Part shown: piece by piece, positions 1-9,148 of the stretch
How positions within the stretch are numbered: the first letter of the stretch is position 1
Layout of the letters: each line of letters begins with the position of its first letter
NCBI GenBank assembly: GCA_002842095.1
Contig: PHCB01000008.1
Coordinates: forward strand, 209,231-273,230
Source of the DNA: a candidate division BRC1 bacterium HGW-BRC1-1
GTDB lineage: Bacteria; Sumerlaeota; Sumerlaeia; Sumerlaeales; Sumerlaeaceae
Reading direction: 5' to 3'
DNA length: 64,000 nucleotides
Program-made: the position numbers and the translations under genes
The notes under the pieces: generated by a model
The model's input: the letters and a program-made list of their open reading frames with translations, nothing else
Told to the model about the DNA's origin: nothing
Databases searched by the model: none

Positions 1-632
1 TCCATCAAGTTTACGGATAGCGGACCATTGATCTCGGCCACCGCACGGGTGATGTCGGCGCGGGTCTTGATGGCGTCGATAAACACCAGGTCTGCTCCTG
101 CTTCGAGATAGAGGTTACAGCGCTTGATGGCTTCATCCAAACCCATGGAGGCGAAGCAATCCGTGCGGGCGTTAATGATGAAGTCCTTATCCATGGCATC
201 GCGGACCGCGGCGCAGGCCTTGATCTTGCCGGCCATCTCGTCGCTTCCGATGACTTCCTTGCCGGCCATGTGACCGCATCGTTTCGGGAAAACCTGATCC
301 TCGATGTTCATGCCGGCCACGCCCATGGCGATGAGGCGCTCGGTGATCCACGCCGCGTTAACAGCGTTACCGCCGCCCGTGTCCACATCGGCCATGACAG
401 GAATGTTGACGGCCTGAACGATGTTCCACGTCAGGTCCAGAACATCCTTCATCTGCACGAGGCCAACGTCGGGCTTCGCCAGAAGAGACCCGGCGAGTCC
501 GTAGCCGGAAATCTGAATGGCTTCATAACCGCATGATTCAATGATCTTTGCGCTGAAGGCGTCGTGGCAACCGGGCAGAGCAACGGCCCGCTTTTCCATG
601 ATGGCTTTGCGCAGTGTTGTGGTCTTCTTCAT
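1..632 (-). CDS. Isocitrate lyase/PEP mutase family enzyme (PrpB / 2-methylisocitrate lyase-like), truncated by the window edge
   Basis: Not in the ORF track. Manual translation from ATG at 632 gives MKKTTTLRKAIMEKRAVALPGCHDAFSAKII...MADVDTGGGN...IEDQVFPKRCGH...INARTD, with the DxDTG and KRCGH family motifs. RBS AGGAG upstream. Confidence 0.9.
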   Translation of the reverse strand, partial: MKKTTTLRKAIMEKRAVALPGCHDAFSAKIIESCGYEAIQISGYGLAGSLLAKPDVGLVQMKDVLDLTWNIVQAVNIPVMADVDTGGGNAVNAAWITERLIAMGVAGMNIEDQVFPKRCGHMAGKEVIGSDEMAGKIKACAAVRDAMDKDFIINARTDCFASMGLDEAIKRCNLYLEAGADLVFIDAIKTRADITRAVAEINGPLSVNLM

Positions 633-708
633 TTCGGTTCAATCTCCTGTGGGTAAGGCCCAGCGATTAGTTGGGCCGCAATTGTGATCTGTTTTAAACG
701 CGAGTTCA

Positions 709-1827
709 TTAAAGCTTCGCGGCGATTGCTTCAGCCATCTCGAGGGTCGTGGCGGAGCCACCCATGTCGTAGGTGCGCACTTTGCCCTCTTTGATTATAG
801 AGGCCACGGCCGCCTCAAGGCGTTCGCCTTTTTCCGTTTCGCCCAACCAATCAAGCATCATCTTTGCGGCGAGAATGGTGGCGATGGGGTTGACCTTATA
901 CTGGCCCGCATATTTGGGCGCACTGCCGTGGGTCGGTTCAAACACGGCCAGGTTTTTGCCAATGTTTCCCGAGCAGCCAAACCCAAGGCCGCCGACCATC
1001 TGGGCGCAGAGGTCGCTGATGATGTCACCGTACAGATTGGGAGCGACAAGCACATCGTAGTTGTGGGGGTTCTTCAACAGCCACATGCACAAGGCGTCGA
1101 TGTTGGCCTCATCCATGGCTATTTCCGGGAACTCCTTCGCCACAGCACGTCCTGCCTCCAGGAAGATTCCGTCGCTGGCACGAACCACATTGGCTTTGTG
1201 AACGATGGTTACTTTCTTGCGGCCAAACTTGCGGGCAAATTCAAAGGCTGCGCGGATGATACGTTCGCTTCCCACACGCGTGTTAATCTTGCAGGAGATG
1301 GCGTAATCTTCCGGGGCGAGATCCTTGAAGGCTTTGAAGGCCGGTGCGTTTGCCATCAGACAATCGGAGACTTCTTTGGGCACAGGACGGAACTCAACGC
1401 CCGCGTATAAATCCTCGGTGTTTTCACGGAAAACGACGAGGTCGATGTTTTCCTTATAGTTGATGGGATTTCCTTCGTAACCTTTGCACGGGCGAAGGCA
1501 GACAAAGAGGTCGAACAACTGGCGCATGCGAACGATGGGGGAGCGGTAAACGAGGTTCTTGTCGAGCAACTTCGGGGCCAGTTCCGCCAAAGCTTCCCTG
1601 GCGGGTTTGGAAGTAATTGCCCCGAACATGGCGGCATTAACCTGCTTCAGTAATTCGATCGTGCGGGGGGGAAACGAGTCACCCTCGCTACACCAAAAAT
1701 CCCATCCGATGTCGCCATGGATATACTCTGCATCCAAGCCGATGCGATCCAGGACGATTTTAGCTGCCTCGAGGACGTCATTCCCAATCCCGTCTCCCGG
1801 CAACCATGCAATTCGATACTTCGCCAT
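709..1827 (-). CDS. Isocitrate/isopropylmalate dehydrogenase family, homoisocitrate-dehydrogenase-like
   Basis: PGDGIG, FRENTEDLY, VHKANV, NLYGDIISD and EPTHGSAP motifs. The YRSPIVRMR segment resembles HICDH (YSSPIVALR) more than LeuB. Start placed at MAKYR. Confidence 0.88.
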   Translation of the reverse strand: MAKYRIAWLPGDGIGNDVLEAAKIVLDRIGLDAEYIHGDIGWDFWCSEGDSFPPRTIELLKQVNAAMFGAITSKPAREALAELAPKLLDKNLVYRSPIVRMRQLFDLFVCLRPCKGYEGNPINYKENIDLVVFRENTEDLYAGVEFRPVPKEVSDCLMANAPAFKAFKDLAPEDYAISCKINTRVGSERIIRAAFEFARKFGRKKVTIVHKANVVRASDGIFLEAGRAVAKEFPEIAMDEANIDALCMWLLKNPHNYDVLVAPNLYGDIISDLCAQMVGGLGFGCSGNIGKNLAVFEPTHGSAPKYAGQYKVNPIATILAAKMMLDWLGETEKGERLEAAVASIIKEGKVRTYDMGGSATTLEMAEAIAAKL

Positions 1828-2070
1828 GCGCACAACCTCCCAGTCATGTGTAAAAGCCAAATCTTACAGGCGTCTTCTTCTCAAGCATTGCCTGTTATGA
1901 ACAATCGCGCAGTGGCAAAAGAAAGTTTTCAATAAGGATTGATGAGAAAAGTGTTGGTTCGGAAGACTGGCTTGTGCGTTATTTCACTTGAATCGCGTCA
2001 TGGCCGTCACGTTTTGTGGCGCGTCTTTTTATTTGAAACATCATTCGTTGGAATTGGAGTCAGGTGATTT

Positions 2071-3057
2071 ATGGGAAAAGTGAAACGCATCGCGCTGTTT
2101 GGGGCGGGTGGGCTTGGCCGCAGTATGGCCAAAACATTGTCACATAAAACCGAAATGAAATTGGTGGCATTGTGTGACAAAAACGGATTTGCATTCAACG
2201 CCGATGGCATAGATCTGGATGCCTTTGAAGCTCTTGCGCCCGGCGAAACCGTTGCCCACATTCCCACCATTGGACAGGAATCCTCCGATTCCATGGGAGA
2301 CCTGTTAGCGCGACGCGACGAGATCGACGGGATTTTTCTGGCCCTTCCGAATCTGCCCAACGATTTCATTCCCGGTGTTGTGGCGCGAATTGCTGCCAGC
2401 GGATTTCAGGGTGTGGTGGTCGACGCTCTCAAGCGCACCAGCGCCATGGAAATGGTGATGGCTCTTCACGAAGACTTCCGTCGCGCGGGCGCGGTCTACA
2501 TCGCCGGAGCGGGTTGCACGCCCGGTATGCTGACCGCGGCCACGGTTATCGCGGCCCAATCATTTGTGGAAGTGGACGACGTGACCATCAACTTCGGCGT
2601 GGGTATTGCCAATTGGGAAACTTATCGGGCTACCATCCGCGAAGATATCGCCCATCTTGAAGGCTTCACGGTGGAGAAGGTTGCAGCCATGAGCGATGTG
2701 GAAATTGAAGCAGAACTCGAAAAGCGCAACGGCATTCTCGAACTGGTGGATATGGAACACGCCGACGATATCATGCTGGAATTGGCTGGCGTAGTAGGTC
2801 GCGACAAAGTTCACGTGGGCGGAATCGTGGATACCCGCAACGCCCGCAAGCCCGTCAGCACGAGCGTGAAAATCTCCGGAACCACCGTGGATGGTTTGCG
2901 TTCCACCCACACGTTTACCCTTGGCGATGAAACGACCATGGCCGCGAACGTGAACGGCCCGGTTTTAGGTTATATGAAAACCGGATTCTGGCTGAAAGAG
3001 ATGGGAGTTTCTGGCGTGTTCACAAGCGCCGACTTGCTCCCGCGCTTTCCGCGATAA
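2071..3057 (+). CDS. bioU: BioU, suicide enzyme replacing BioA in biotin synthesis (NAD(P)-dependent, saccharopine-dehydrogenase-like)
   Basis: GAGGLG Rossmann motif plus FLALPNLPN, VDALKRTSA (the Lys consumed in the reaction), FGVGIANWETYRATIREDIAH, MEHADDIMLELAG and HTFTLGDETTMAANV. These closely match cyanobacterial BioU as I recall it. Confidence 0.88.
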   Translation: MGKVKRIALFGAGGLGRSMAKTLSHKTEMKLVALCDKNGFAFNADGIDLDAFEALAPGETVAHIPTIGQESSDSMGDLLARRDEIDGIFLALPNLPNDFIPGVVARIAASGFQGVVVDALKRTSAMEMVMALHEDFRRAGAVYIAGAGCTPGMLTAATVIAAQSFVEVDDVTINFGVGIANWETYRATIREDIAHLEGFTVEKVAAMSDVEIEAELEKRNGILELVDMEHADDIMLELAGVVGRDKVHVGGIVDTRNARKPVSTSVKISGTTVDGLRSTHTFTLGDETTMAANVNGPVLGYMKTGFWLKEMGVSGVFTSADLLPRFPR

Positions 3058-3061
3058 ACAA

Positions 3062-4330
3062 TTAGTCCGACTGAAAATCGAGAAGGTCCATCAGGGGGGG
3101 GCGCCCATCATGCGCCCATCCCCATGGGGGGCGTTGCATGGTTCCCAGTTTACAAAGTCGCGGTGAGCGGAGATCGTTCGCCAGCGACTGCCATTCTGAC
3201 GGCTCGCCGGCCCCGAGGCATCCAATGCGTCCGCGTCGGCACAGCAGCGCTGACGTAACCTCTTCTTCACTGTCATAAATAAAGATGTCGGCTGTTCGAT
3301 CAGTCGGGGGAGATGTGGTTGCGTGAAATCGCGCATCTCGAAGCGTGATGAGAAAATCGTCCGCCGGGCGCGATGGCACGGGTGTCGAAGTCGCATTGTT
3401 CATAACCGCATGGAGCGCTATTTCATCCCGCCACCGTGCCTGTGCGGCGAGTGCTTCCAGAGGGAGTTTGCGACGCGGTAAATCCTTCTCCAGAGTTCGC
3501 AGCGATTCGGCCAGTAATTGAGCGAACTTTTGGGGGGTGATCGACGCCCGGGATGGTACGAATACCGTTTGGGGAGACAAGCATCCCTGTTGGTCATAAA
3601 CGGCGAGATCATACGCTAATGCCTCAGACCGCTCGCGTGCTACGGTTTCCGAGGCGAGGTCCGAGGCCGAGAGCAAAGCATAGCTCCACCGCGAACCGTG
3701 GCCGATAAATCGCGTTCCTGGCGCGGTGACGGTGGCCAGATTTGCGATGGTTTCATCCCCACCAAAGGCGACCATAACATCCGCCTCCCTGGCCACGTTT
3801 CGTGTAATTTCGAGTTCATCATGAGGCCACCATCCCCAAGCTGTGGCAGCGGCCATTTCGGGGTCGACCTCTTTCAACACATCCAACCACAACGCGGTGA
3901 ATTGTTGCTCGCCCGAACTACACCTAACGATGTTAGCGCAACCCAGCAGTTGGGCGTGAATCAATGATTCCAGAGTTGAGACAAAGAGATTCCCCGCCGC
4001 GAGATGAAAGACGAGCCGGGGAGTTCGTGGGATCGAGTTGCCAATGGGTCGCAACGCGGTCTCGCGCAGTGTGGCGAGGGCGTCCAAAGTCATGCCCGAA
4101 AAAAGATTTCGGACACCTTCCGCCGCAGAAGCCGGGTGCATCCCGATGGCAATGGCTGCCCGGGCAAGCCGGTCATCGGGGTCAGACCCTGGTTTTTCAG
4201 CCAGCGACAACATGGCCAACGCTGCACGCGAAATTGAATGGGGAGCACGCGAGAAGATGCCGTTGGCGTTCGACGCATTCTTCATCATCGCGACTAACTG
4301 TTTCGCCTTATCCACCATCAATTCCGTCAT
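3062..4330 (-). CDS. LuxC-family acyl-CoA reductase (aldehyde dehydrogenase fold)
   Basis: VFHLAAGN, VAFGGDET, catalytic YDQQGCLSP and C-terminal MQRPPWGWAHDG typical of LuxC-like proteins. Confidence 0.8.
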   Translation of the reverse strand: MTELMVDKAKQLVAMMKNASNANGIFSRAPHSISRAALAMLSLAEKPGSDPDDRLARAAIAIGMHPASAAEGVRNLFSGMTLDALATLRETALRPIGNSIPRTPRLVFHLAAGNLFVSTLESLIHAQLLGCANIVRCSSGEQQFTALWLDVLKEVDPEMAAATAWGWWPHDELEITRNVAREADVMVAFGGDETIANLATVTAPGTRFIGHGSRWSYALLSASDLASETVARERSEALAYDLAVYDQQGCLSPQTVFVPSRASITPQKFAQLLAESLRTLEKDLPRRKLPLEALAAQARWRDEIALHAVMNNATSTPVPSRPADDFLITLRDARFHATTSPPTDRTADIFIYDSEEEVTSALLCRRGRIGCLGAGEPSEWQSLANDLRSPRLCKLGTMQRPPWGWAHDGRPPLMDLLDFQSD

Positions 4331-4433
4331 GAAATCACCCTTGTGCTTGATGTCGTTCCTCGGGGTGGAACGAATGCAGGTCTTAAGTTTACGTTAGAAC
4401 AATTTGAGAACCGAAGGAGAAATCGCAAAGCCA

Positions 4434-5066
4434 ATGTTCACGGGGATTATTGAAGAGATTGGAACGATTGCCGCCATGGAAGCGGGGGACGACTCTGTGC
4501 GCCTGCGTATCGAGTGCCTGGATACCCTGAAGGGCGTGGCGGATGGGGATAGCATCGCCGTGGATGGAACCTGTCTCACTGTGACTTCATTCGACGATTC
4601 CTCTTTCTCCACTTTTGCCTCGGCGGAAACTTTGCGCTGCACGAGCCTCGGTGACAAAAAAGTTGGGGATCATGTGAACCTGGAGGGGGCCATGACTCTC
4701 GCCAAAAAAATGAGCGGACACATGGTGCAGGGCCACGTGGACGGTGTCGGCCATGTCAAGGCAATCGTCCCCGAAGGCGAATCCCAAATGTGGCATTTTA
4801 CGATGCCCGCCCAAATGACCAAGTTTCTCGTGCCGAAGGGGTCCATCACCGTGGATGGCATTAGTCTGACTGTGGTTGAAATTGTCGGCTGCGATTTTAC
4901 CGTCGCCATCATTCCAAAAACCATCGAGGCCACTACGTTTCAATTCCGCAAGGCGGGTGACTCGGTGAATCTGGAAGTCGATATTATCGGCAAGTATGTC
5001 CATCGCTTTCTTCACCCCGATGAAGGTGAATCGGTTATCTCCATCAATCCCGTTCTGCCTGCCTGA
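4434..5066 (+). CDS. ribE: Riboflavin synthase (alpha chain)
   Basis: MFTGIIEEIG N-terminus, SIAVDGTCLTV, GHMVQGHVDG, VNLEVD. Confidence 0.95.
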   Translation: MFTGIIEEIGTIAAMEAGDDSVRLRIECLDTLKGVADGDSIAVDGTCLTVTSFDDSSFSTFASAETLRCTSLGDKKVGDHVNLEGAMTLAKKMSGHMVQGHVDGVGHVKAIVPEGESQMWHFTMPAQMTKFLVPKGSITVDGISLTVVEIVGCDFTVAIIPKTIEATTFQFRKAGDSVNLEVDIIGKYVHRFLHPDEGESVISINPVLPA

Positions 5067-5120
5067 ACATATAGTTTCAGCGGGAGCAACCTGCCCCCGC
5101 ATTTTCCCTCAGAGGTCCTC

Positions 5121-6359
5121 ATGTCCGACGATTCAAAAACTGATGCAAGCGCCCGTTCGATAGCTTCCGTGGAGTCTGCCCTTGACGATTATCGTCAGGG
5201 GAAAATGGTCATCCTGACGGATGACGAAGACCGCGAGAACGAGGGCGATCTGGTATTCGCCGCCTCCCATGTTACTCCTGAAAAGATCAACTTCATGGCA
5301 CGCTTTGGTCGTGGGTTAATCTGTGTGGCGGCACCCGAGGACCGTTTGCGTCAACTTGGCCTGAATCCCCTGAAGGTTAACAACACCTCGCGATTCGGCA
5401 CAAATTTCTACGAGCCGGTCGACGCCGCAGTCGGCACGACCACCGGCATATCCGCATCGGACCGTTCGGTCACTATTCGCAAATTTATGGACCCCACCTG
5501 TGCCCCTCAGGAACTGGCGCGGCCGGGCCATGTTCAGATTCTCGGTGCCCGCGAGGGAGGCGTGCTTGAGAGAGCCGGACAAACTGAGGGGGTTGTTGAT
5601 CTTGCAGTGCTCGCGGGACTTGAACCCGCAGGTGTGCTTTGTGAGATCATGAACGATGATGGCACGATGGCGCGGATGCCCGACCTCACGCAGTTTGCCG
5701 AGCTTCATAATCTCAAAATCGTCACCATTCGTGACATGATCGAGTATCGACTTCACCGCGAGAAGTTGGTGAAGGCTGTCGTAACTGTTCCGCTCCATAA
5801 CGAATATGGGGAATGGCGCATTACGTATTACGAAGCTTGGAATGGTGAGGGACATGTTGCCCTCGTGATGGGTGACCTTGCCCGACAGTCTCCGAACGGG
5901 GTTTTGGTGCGCGTCCATTCGCAATGTTTTACGGGCGACACCCTCGGTTCGTTGCGTTGCGATTGTGGTCCGCAACTCAACGCGGCCATGATGAAGATTG
6001 AGCAGGAGGGGATCGGCGTTTTGCTCTACATGCATCAGGAGGGGCGGGGGATTGGACTGAAAAACAAATTACTCGCCTACCAGAAACAGGACGAAGGCAT
6101 GGACACCGTGGAAGCCAATCACGCTCTGGGCTTTAAGTCAGACCTGCGCGAATACGGTATCGGGGCGCAAATGCTCGTGGATCTCGGTGTGCAAAGGCTT
6201 CGCTTGATGACCAACAACCCCAAGAAGATTGTGGGCATTGAAGGCTATGGACTGGAGGTTGTGGAACGCATTCCCCTCGAGTGCGAAGCTTGCGACCACA
6301 ACCGTTCCTATCTGGAGACAAAGCGCATGAAAATGGGGCATCTTTTTAAGAATGTCTGA
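5121..6359 (+). CDS. ribBA: Bifunctional DHBP synthase / GTP cyclohydrolase II
   Basis: [50 protein letters not shown]. Confidence 0.96.
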   Translation: MSDDSKTDASARSIASVESALDDYRQGKMVILTDDEDRENEGDLVFAASHVTPEKINFMARFGRGLICVAAPEDRLRQLGLNPLKVNNTSRFGTNFYEPVDAAVGTTTGISASDRSVTIRKFMDPTCAPQELARPGHVQILGAREGGVLERAGQTEGVVDLAVLAGLEPAGVLCEIMNDDGTMARMPDLTQFAELHNLKIVTIRDMIEYRLHREKLVKAVVTVPLHNEYGEWRITYYEAWNGEGHVALVMGDLARQSPNGVLVRVHSQCFTGDTLGSLRCDCGPQLNAAMMKIEQEGIGVLLYMHQEGRGIGLKNKLLAYQKQDEGMDTVEANHALGFKSDLREYGIGAQMLVDLGVQRLRLMTNNPKKIVGIEGYGLEVVERIPLECEACDHNRSYLETKRMKMGHLFKNV

Positions 6360-6379
6360 TTCAGCGCGTCTGCTGCAGT

Positions 6380-7375
6380 TCAGGCATCGTTCGAGGTCAA
6401 ACGGCTGACACCCTTCAGTGTCGCCTGATGATGAGGCTGCGCGAGCAATTCTCGTGCGGTTGAAACGTCATGATTCAATTGGGCCACAAGGGCATCCACA
6501 CCGGGAAATTTTTGCTCGTCTCGAAGACGTGCCAGAAAGAAAAGACTCAACTCGCGGCCCGGAAGTTCAACGTCCGCGTCGAGCAGATGAGCTTCGATGG
6601 TTTGCGTGTGTCCCTCAAAGGTGGGATTAAATCCGATGTTGCATACAGCCGCGTAAACTTTCGGATCACCGCTCACCCGGGCTACGCAAAGATAAACACC
6701 TCTGGCGGGAATTACCCGGTCTGATGGCGGGAGGACATTGGCTGTTGGGAACCCGATGGTGCGTCCACGACCAAACCCCGTCGTTACCACGCCGTTCAGT
6801 TCGTAAGGACGTGTCAACATGTGAGCTGCTCGCACGACGTCTCCGCCGAAGAGCAAATCCCGAATCATGGTGCTTTTTACGAACATCTCACCGTCGGTGA
6901 CAGGAGCCATCACATCGACGTCAAAACCATGCTTGGCACCAAGCTCGGTCAACAGGGTGGTCTTCCCGGCACCAGCTTTGCCGAAGGCAAAGTCATAGCC
7001 GCAAACTATGAGGTTTGGTTTGCAGAGGGGGACCAGCAGGTTTTCGACGAATTCCTCCGGAGACTGATTGGAGAAACCTTCCGTGAATGCGACTTCAGCT
7101 ACCATCTCAACTCCCAGTTCGCTGAAGAGCTGGCGTCGACGGGGTGCGCTTAACAAGCGTTTGGGGCAGTATGGCGGTGCCAGAATGCTCAGGGGATGTT
7201 CTGAAAAAGTGATGATGAGTGAGGTCAGGCCGCGTGCTTTCGCTTGTTCGGTTGTGCGGTCAATCAGCGCCTGATGCCCACGATGGAGACCATCGAATAC
7301 GCCGATGGTTACGACGCTACCAGCGGTCTCGTTCAGTGCGTTGCGCACGTGGGCGAAGTTGTCGAAGAGTTGCAT
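6380..7375 (-). CDS. ribF: Bifunctional riboflavin kinase / FAD synthetase
   Basis: TIGVFDGLHRGH, GYDFAFG, GRTIGFPTAN, IEAHLLD, LRDEQKF. Confidence 0.95.
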   Translation of the reverse strand: MQLFDNFAHVRNALNETAGSVVTIGVFDGLHRGHQALIDRTTEQAKARGLTSLIITFSEHPLSILAPPYCPKRLLSAPRRRQLFSELGVEMVAEVAFTEGFSNQSPEEFVENLLVPLCKPNLIVCGYDFAFGKAGAGKTTLLTELGAKHGFDVDVMAPVTDGEMFVKSTMIRDLLFGGDVVRAAHMLTRPYELNGVVTTGFGRGRTIGFPTANVLPPSDRVIPARGVYLCVARVSGDPKVYAAVCNIGFNPTFEGHTQTIEAHLLDADVELPGRELSLFFLARLRDEQKFPGVDALVAQLNHDVSTARELLAQPHHQATLKGVSRLTSNDA

Positions 7376-7441
7376 GAATCGAAAGTTAAACAAACCCCCT
7401 GCTTCCTCAACGGATAATTTCGAGGAGGCGTGAGATCTTGA

Positions 7442-8215
7442 TTAATATAGAGCCCAATCACTGACCGATGAGGGATTAATCGATTCGCTGTGGATACCAG
7501 TGATGGCGTCCAGTTCAAATCCCGCGGTGTCCGCGAAGGTAAACAAATTGCCGGCGTCGGTTACCAGATCACCCTGGGCGTCCAAGGTGTTTGTGCCGGT
7601 GTCGCGGATTCGTACGTATTGAATTGCCGACAAACCAACATCTGCCAAATCGAAGGCGTCGCCTCCACCTTGAATGGGATCGAAGGGCGACAACCCATTG
7701 GTGGGTGAGGACAGCGTCGGACGCACGCCAGCGAAACCCACGAAGTTTGCCATGTCGAGGATGGAACCGGATGGTGACGGGGGAATGAAATCGAAGGGCA
7801 TTGTGACCCAGTTGGTTCCGTCCGCGCTTACATCCACGATCGCCACTTCACTGAAGCTTTGCCCGGGGTTTCCAATCGGTTGGAGACAATTCTCAAAAAC
7901 GATAAAATCTGCTCCGGGCCCGTTGATGATTCGATTGTTCACGAACTTGAGGGTTACGGACCCTCCATCTCCCAGCGACAGCAGATCTTCTTCCGTGAAG
8001 GTGGGGGTGTTTGGGTTACTGTTTCCATTTGGCGGACCCAACACATTCGCCGGGAAGAATGTCTGCCCGAAGTTCGCTCCGCTGCCGGGAGTAAAATTGA
8101 CCGCCTGTTCGGCAAAACATCCGGCTCCGCTGTTGTTGGCAGCGGTCATAAAGATGATGACGGTCAGGCAGAACAACGCTGTTCGTGAAAAACGAGTGAT
8201 AACCCATGATGTCAT
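7442..8215 (-). CDS. Secreted/cell-surface beta-rich protein, probably cobalamin-related (riboswitch-controlled)
   Basis: GGAGG RBS before ATG at 8215, hydrophobic signal peptide, LSLGDGGSVTLKF...NGPGADFIVFEN...SEVAIVDVSADG motif, C-terminal SSVSDWALY; lies directly downstream of a B12 riboswitch. Confidence 0.7.
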   Translation of the reverse strand: MTSWVITRFSRTALFCLTVIIFMTAANNSGAGCFAEQAVNFTPGSGANFGQTFFPANVLGPPNGNSNPNTPTFTEEDLLSLGDGGSVTLKFVNNRIINGPGADFIVFENCLQPIGNPGQSFSEVAIVDVSADGTNWVTMPFDFIPPSPSGSILDMANFVGFAGVRPTLSSPTNGLSPFDPIQGGGDAFDLADVGLSAIQYVRIRDTGTNTLDAQGDLVTDAGNLFTFADTAGFELDAITGIHSESINPSSVSDWALY

Positions 8216-8264
8216 GGTTCGAGCCTCCAGCTTCTTACGCACGAAGAAGTTTAGTTGTGGAGGA

Positions 8265-8440
8265 ACCTGGCAGCCCCGTCTTCTGACTTTCGGATTAACC
8301 TACTTCCCGCCCCTTCCCGCCCTATTGCCAGAGCAGTGGGTCAAACGCGGGTTTCGTCCCCGATCACAGCGGCGTGTCCGTGAGGGATTCTCACCCTCTT
8401 CCGCCGGGTTTTAAGACCCGGTTAAATTTAGATGCCACCA
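8265..8440 (-). promoter_or_regulatory. Cobalamin (B12) riboswitch
   Basis: The minus strand reads GGAAGAGGGTGAGAATCCCTCACGG..CGCCGCTGTGA...CCACTG...GGGAAGG...AAGTCAGAAGAC, i.e. the conserved core, GGGAAGG and the B12 box in the correct order in the leader of 7442..8215. Confidence 0.88.
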
Positions 8441-8613
8441 AGTTTCCTTCAGTTAAGTGACTTAACTTTTCAGGCATCCGATGGCGCAAGGGGAATCCAT
8501 CCCTGTAACTCCGACCAGAAATGTATCATATGTCCACTTCACCCTTGAAATGGGAAAGGGGAAAGGCGTGTACTTACATCAACATCATTCAGGTAGTGGA
8601 CGTGAAGACGAGT

Positions 8614-9141
8614 ATGAAAACAATTCTCTCAGCTCTGGCATTATCGCTGTTGGCCATTGGCGGCTTTGCTGCCGGCAACAACACTGAGCTTCCCATCAAC
8701 GCAGAACCTCGTTGGTTTGAACTCAATGCCACCGCTTCGGTCGTTCCCATTCGTTCTGTCGATACGAGGCAGACCATCGCGTTACTCGCGCCTGGCACAC
8801 GTTTCCTTGCATTCGGCGCGAGCGATAAATGGGTAACCCTGGCTGCCAACGGGCAGGTTGGGTATGTTTCCAATCAGAGCGTCTCGGCCGTTTATCCCGA
8901 GCCGGTGTTTATTTCCACCGAATGGAAACCCTCTTCTGTGACACTGGAAGAGCAACTTGCCGAAGAGATCCAGCGCCAGGCACAATTACGGCAAGAGAAA
9001 GTTTCGCTCTGGCCTGATTTCAAATCCGCTCCTCCAACGGCGGAAGAGTTAGCCGCTCAACAGTCAACGTTAACGGGAGCTATGATGAACGGGCCTGAAG
9101 CTGGCGGGAGTATGGCTGGGGCCGGCGGCGGCTACATCTGA
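8614..9141 (+). CDS. Secreted protein with SH3b-like domain and low-complexity tail
   Basis: Signal peptide MKTILSALALSLLAIGGFAA; IALLAPGTRFLAFG..DKWVTL...GQVGYVS resembles SH3b. Confidence 0.6.
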   Translation: MKTILSALALSLLAIGGFAAGNNTELPINAEPRWFELNATASVVPIRSVDTRQTIALLAPGTRFLAFGASDKWVTLAANGQVGYVSNQSVSAVYPEPVFISTEWKPSSVTLEEQLAEEIQRQAQLRQEKVSLWPDFKSAPPTAEELAAQQSTLTGAMMNGPEAGGSMAGAGGGYI

Positions 9142-9148
9142 TCCTGAT

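Noticed and set aside
1828-2070. BirA operator upstream of bioU
   Set aside because: Only a weak TGTAA-N10-TTACA inverted repeat near 1849-1868; the spacing does not match the BirA consensus
4330-4434. FMN riboswitch upstream of ribE
   Set aside because: The region is only ~100 nt and lacks RFN consensus segments
3062-6359. Bioluminescence (lux) operon
   Set aside because: No luxA/B/D/E in the window; LuxC-like proteins are widespread in non-luminous bacteria
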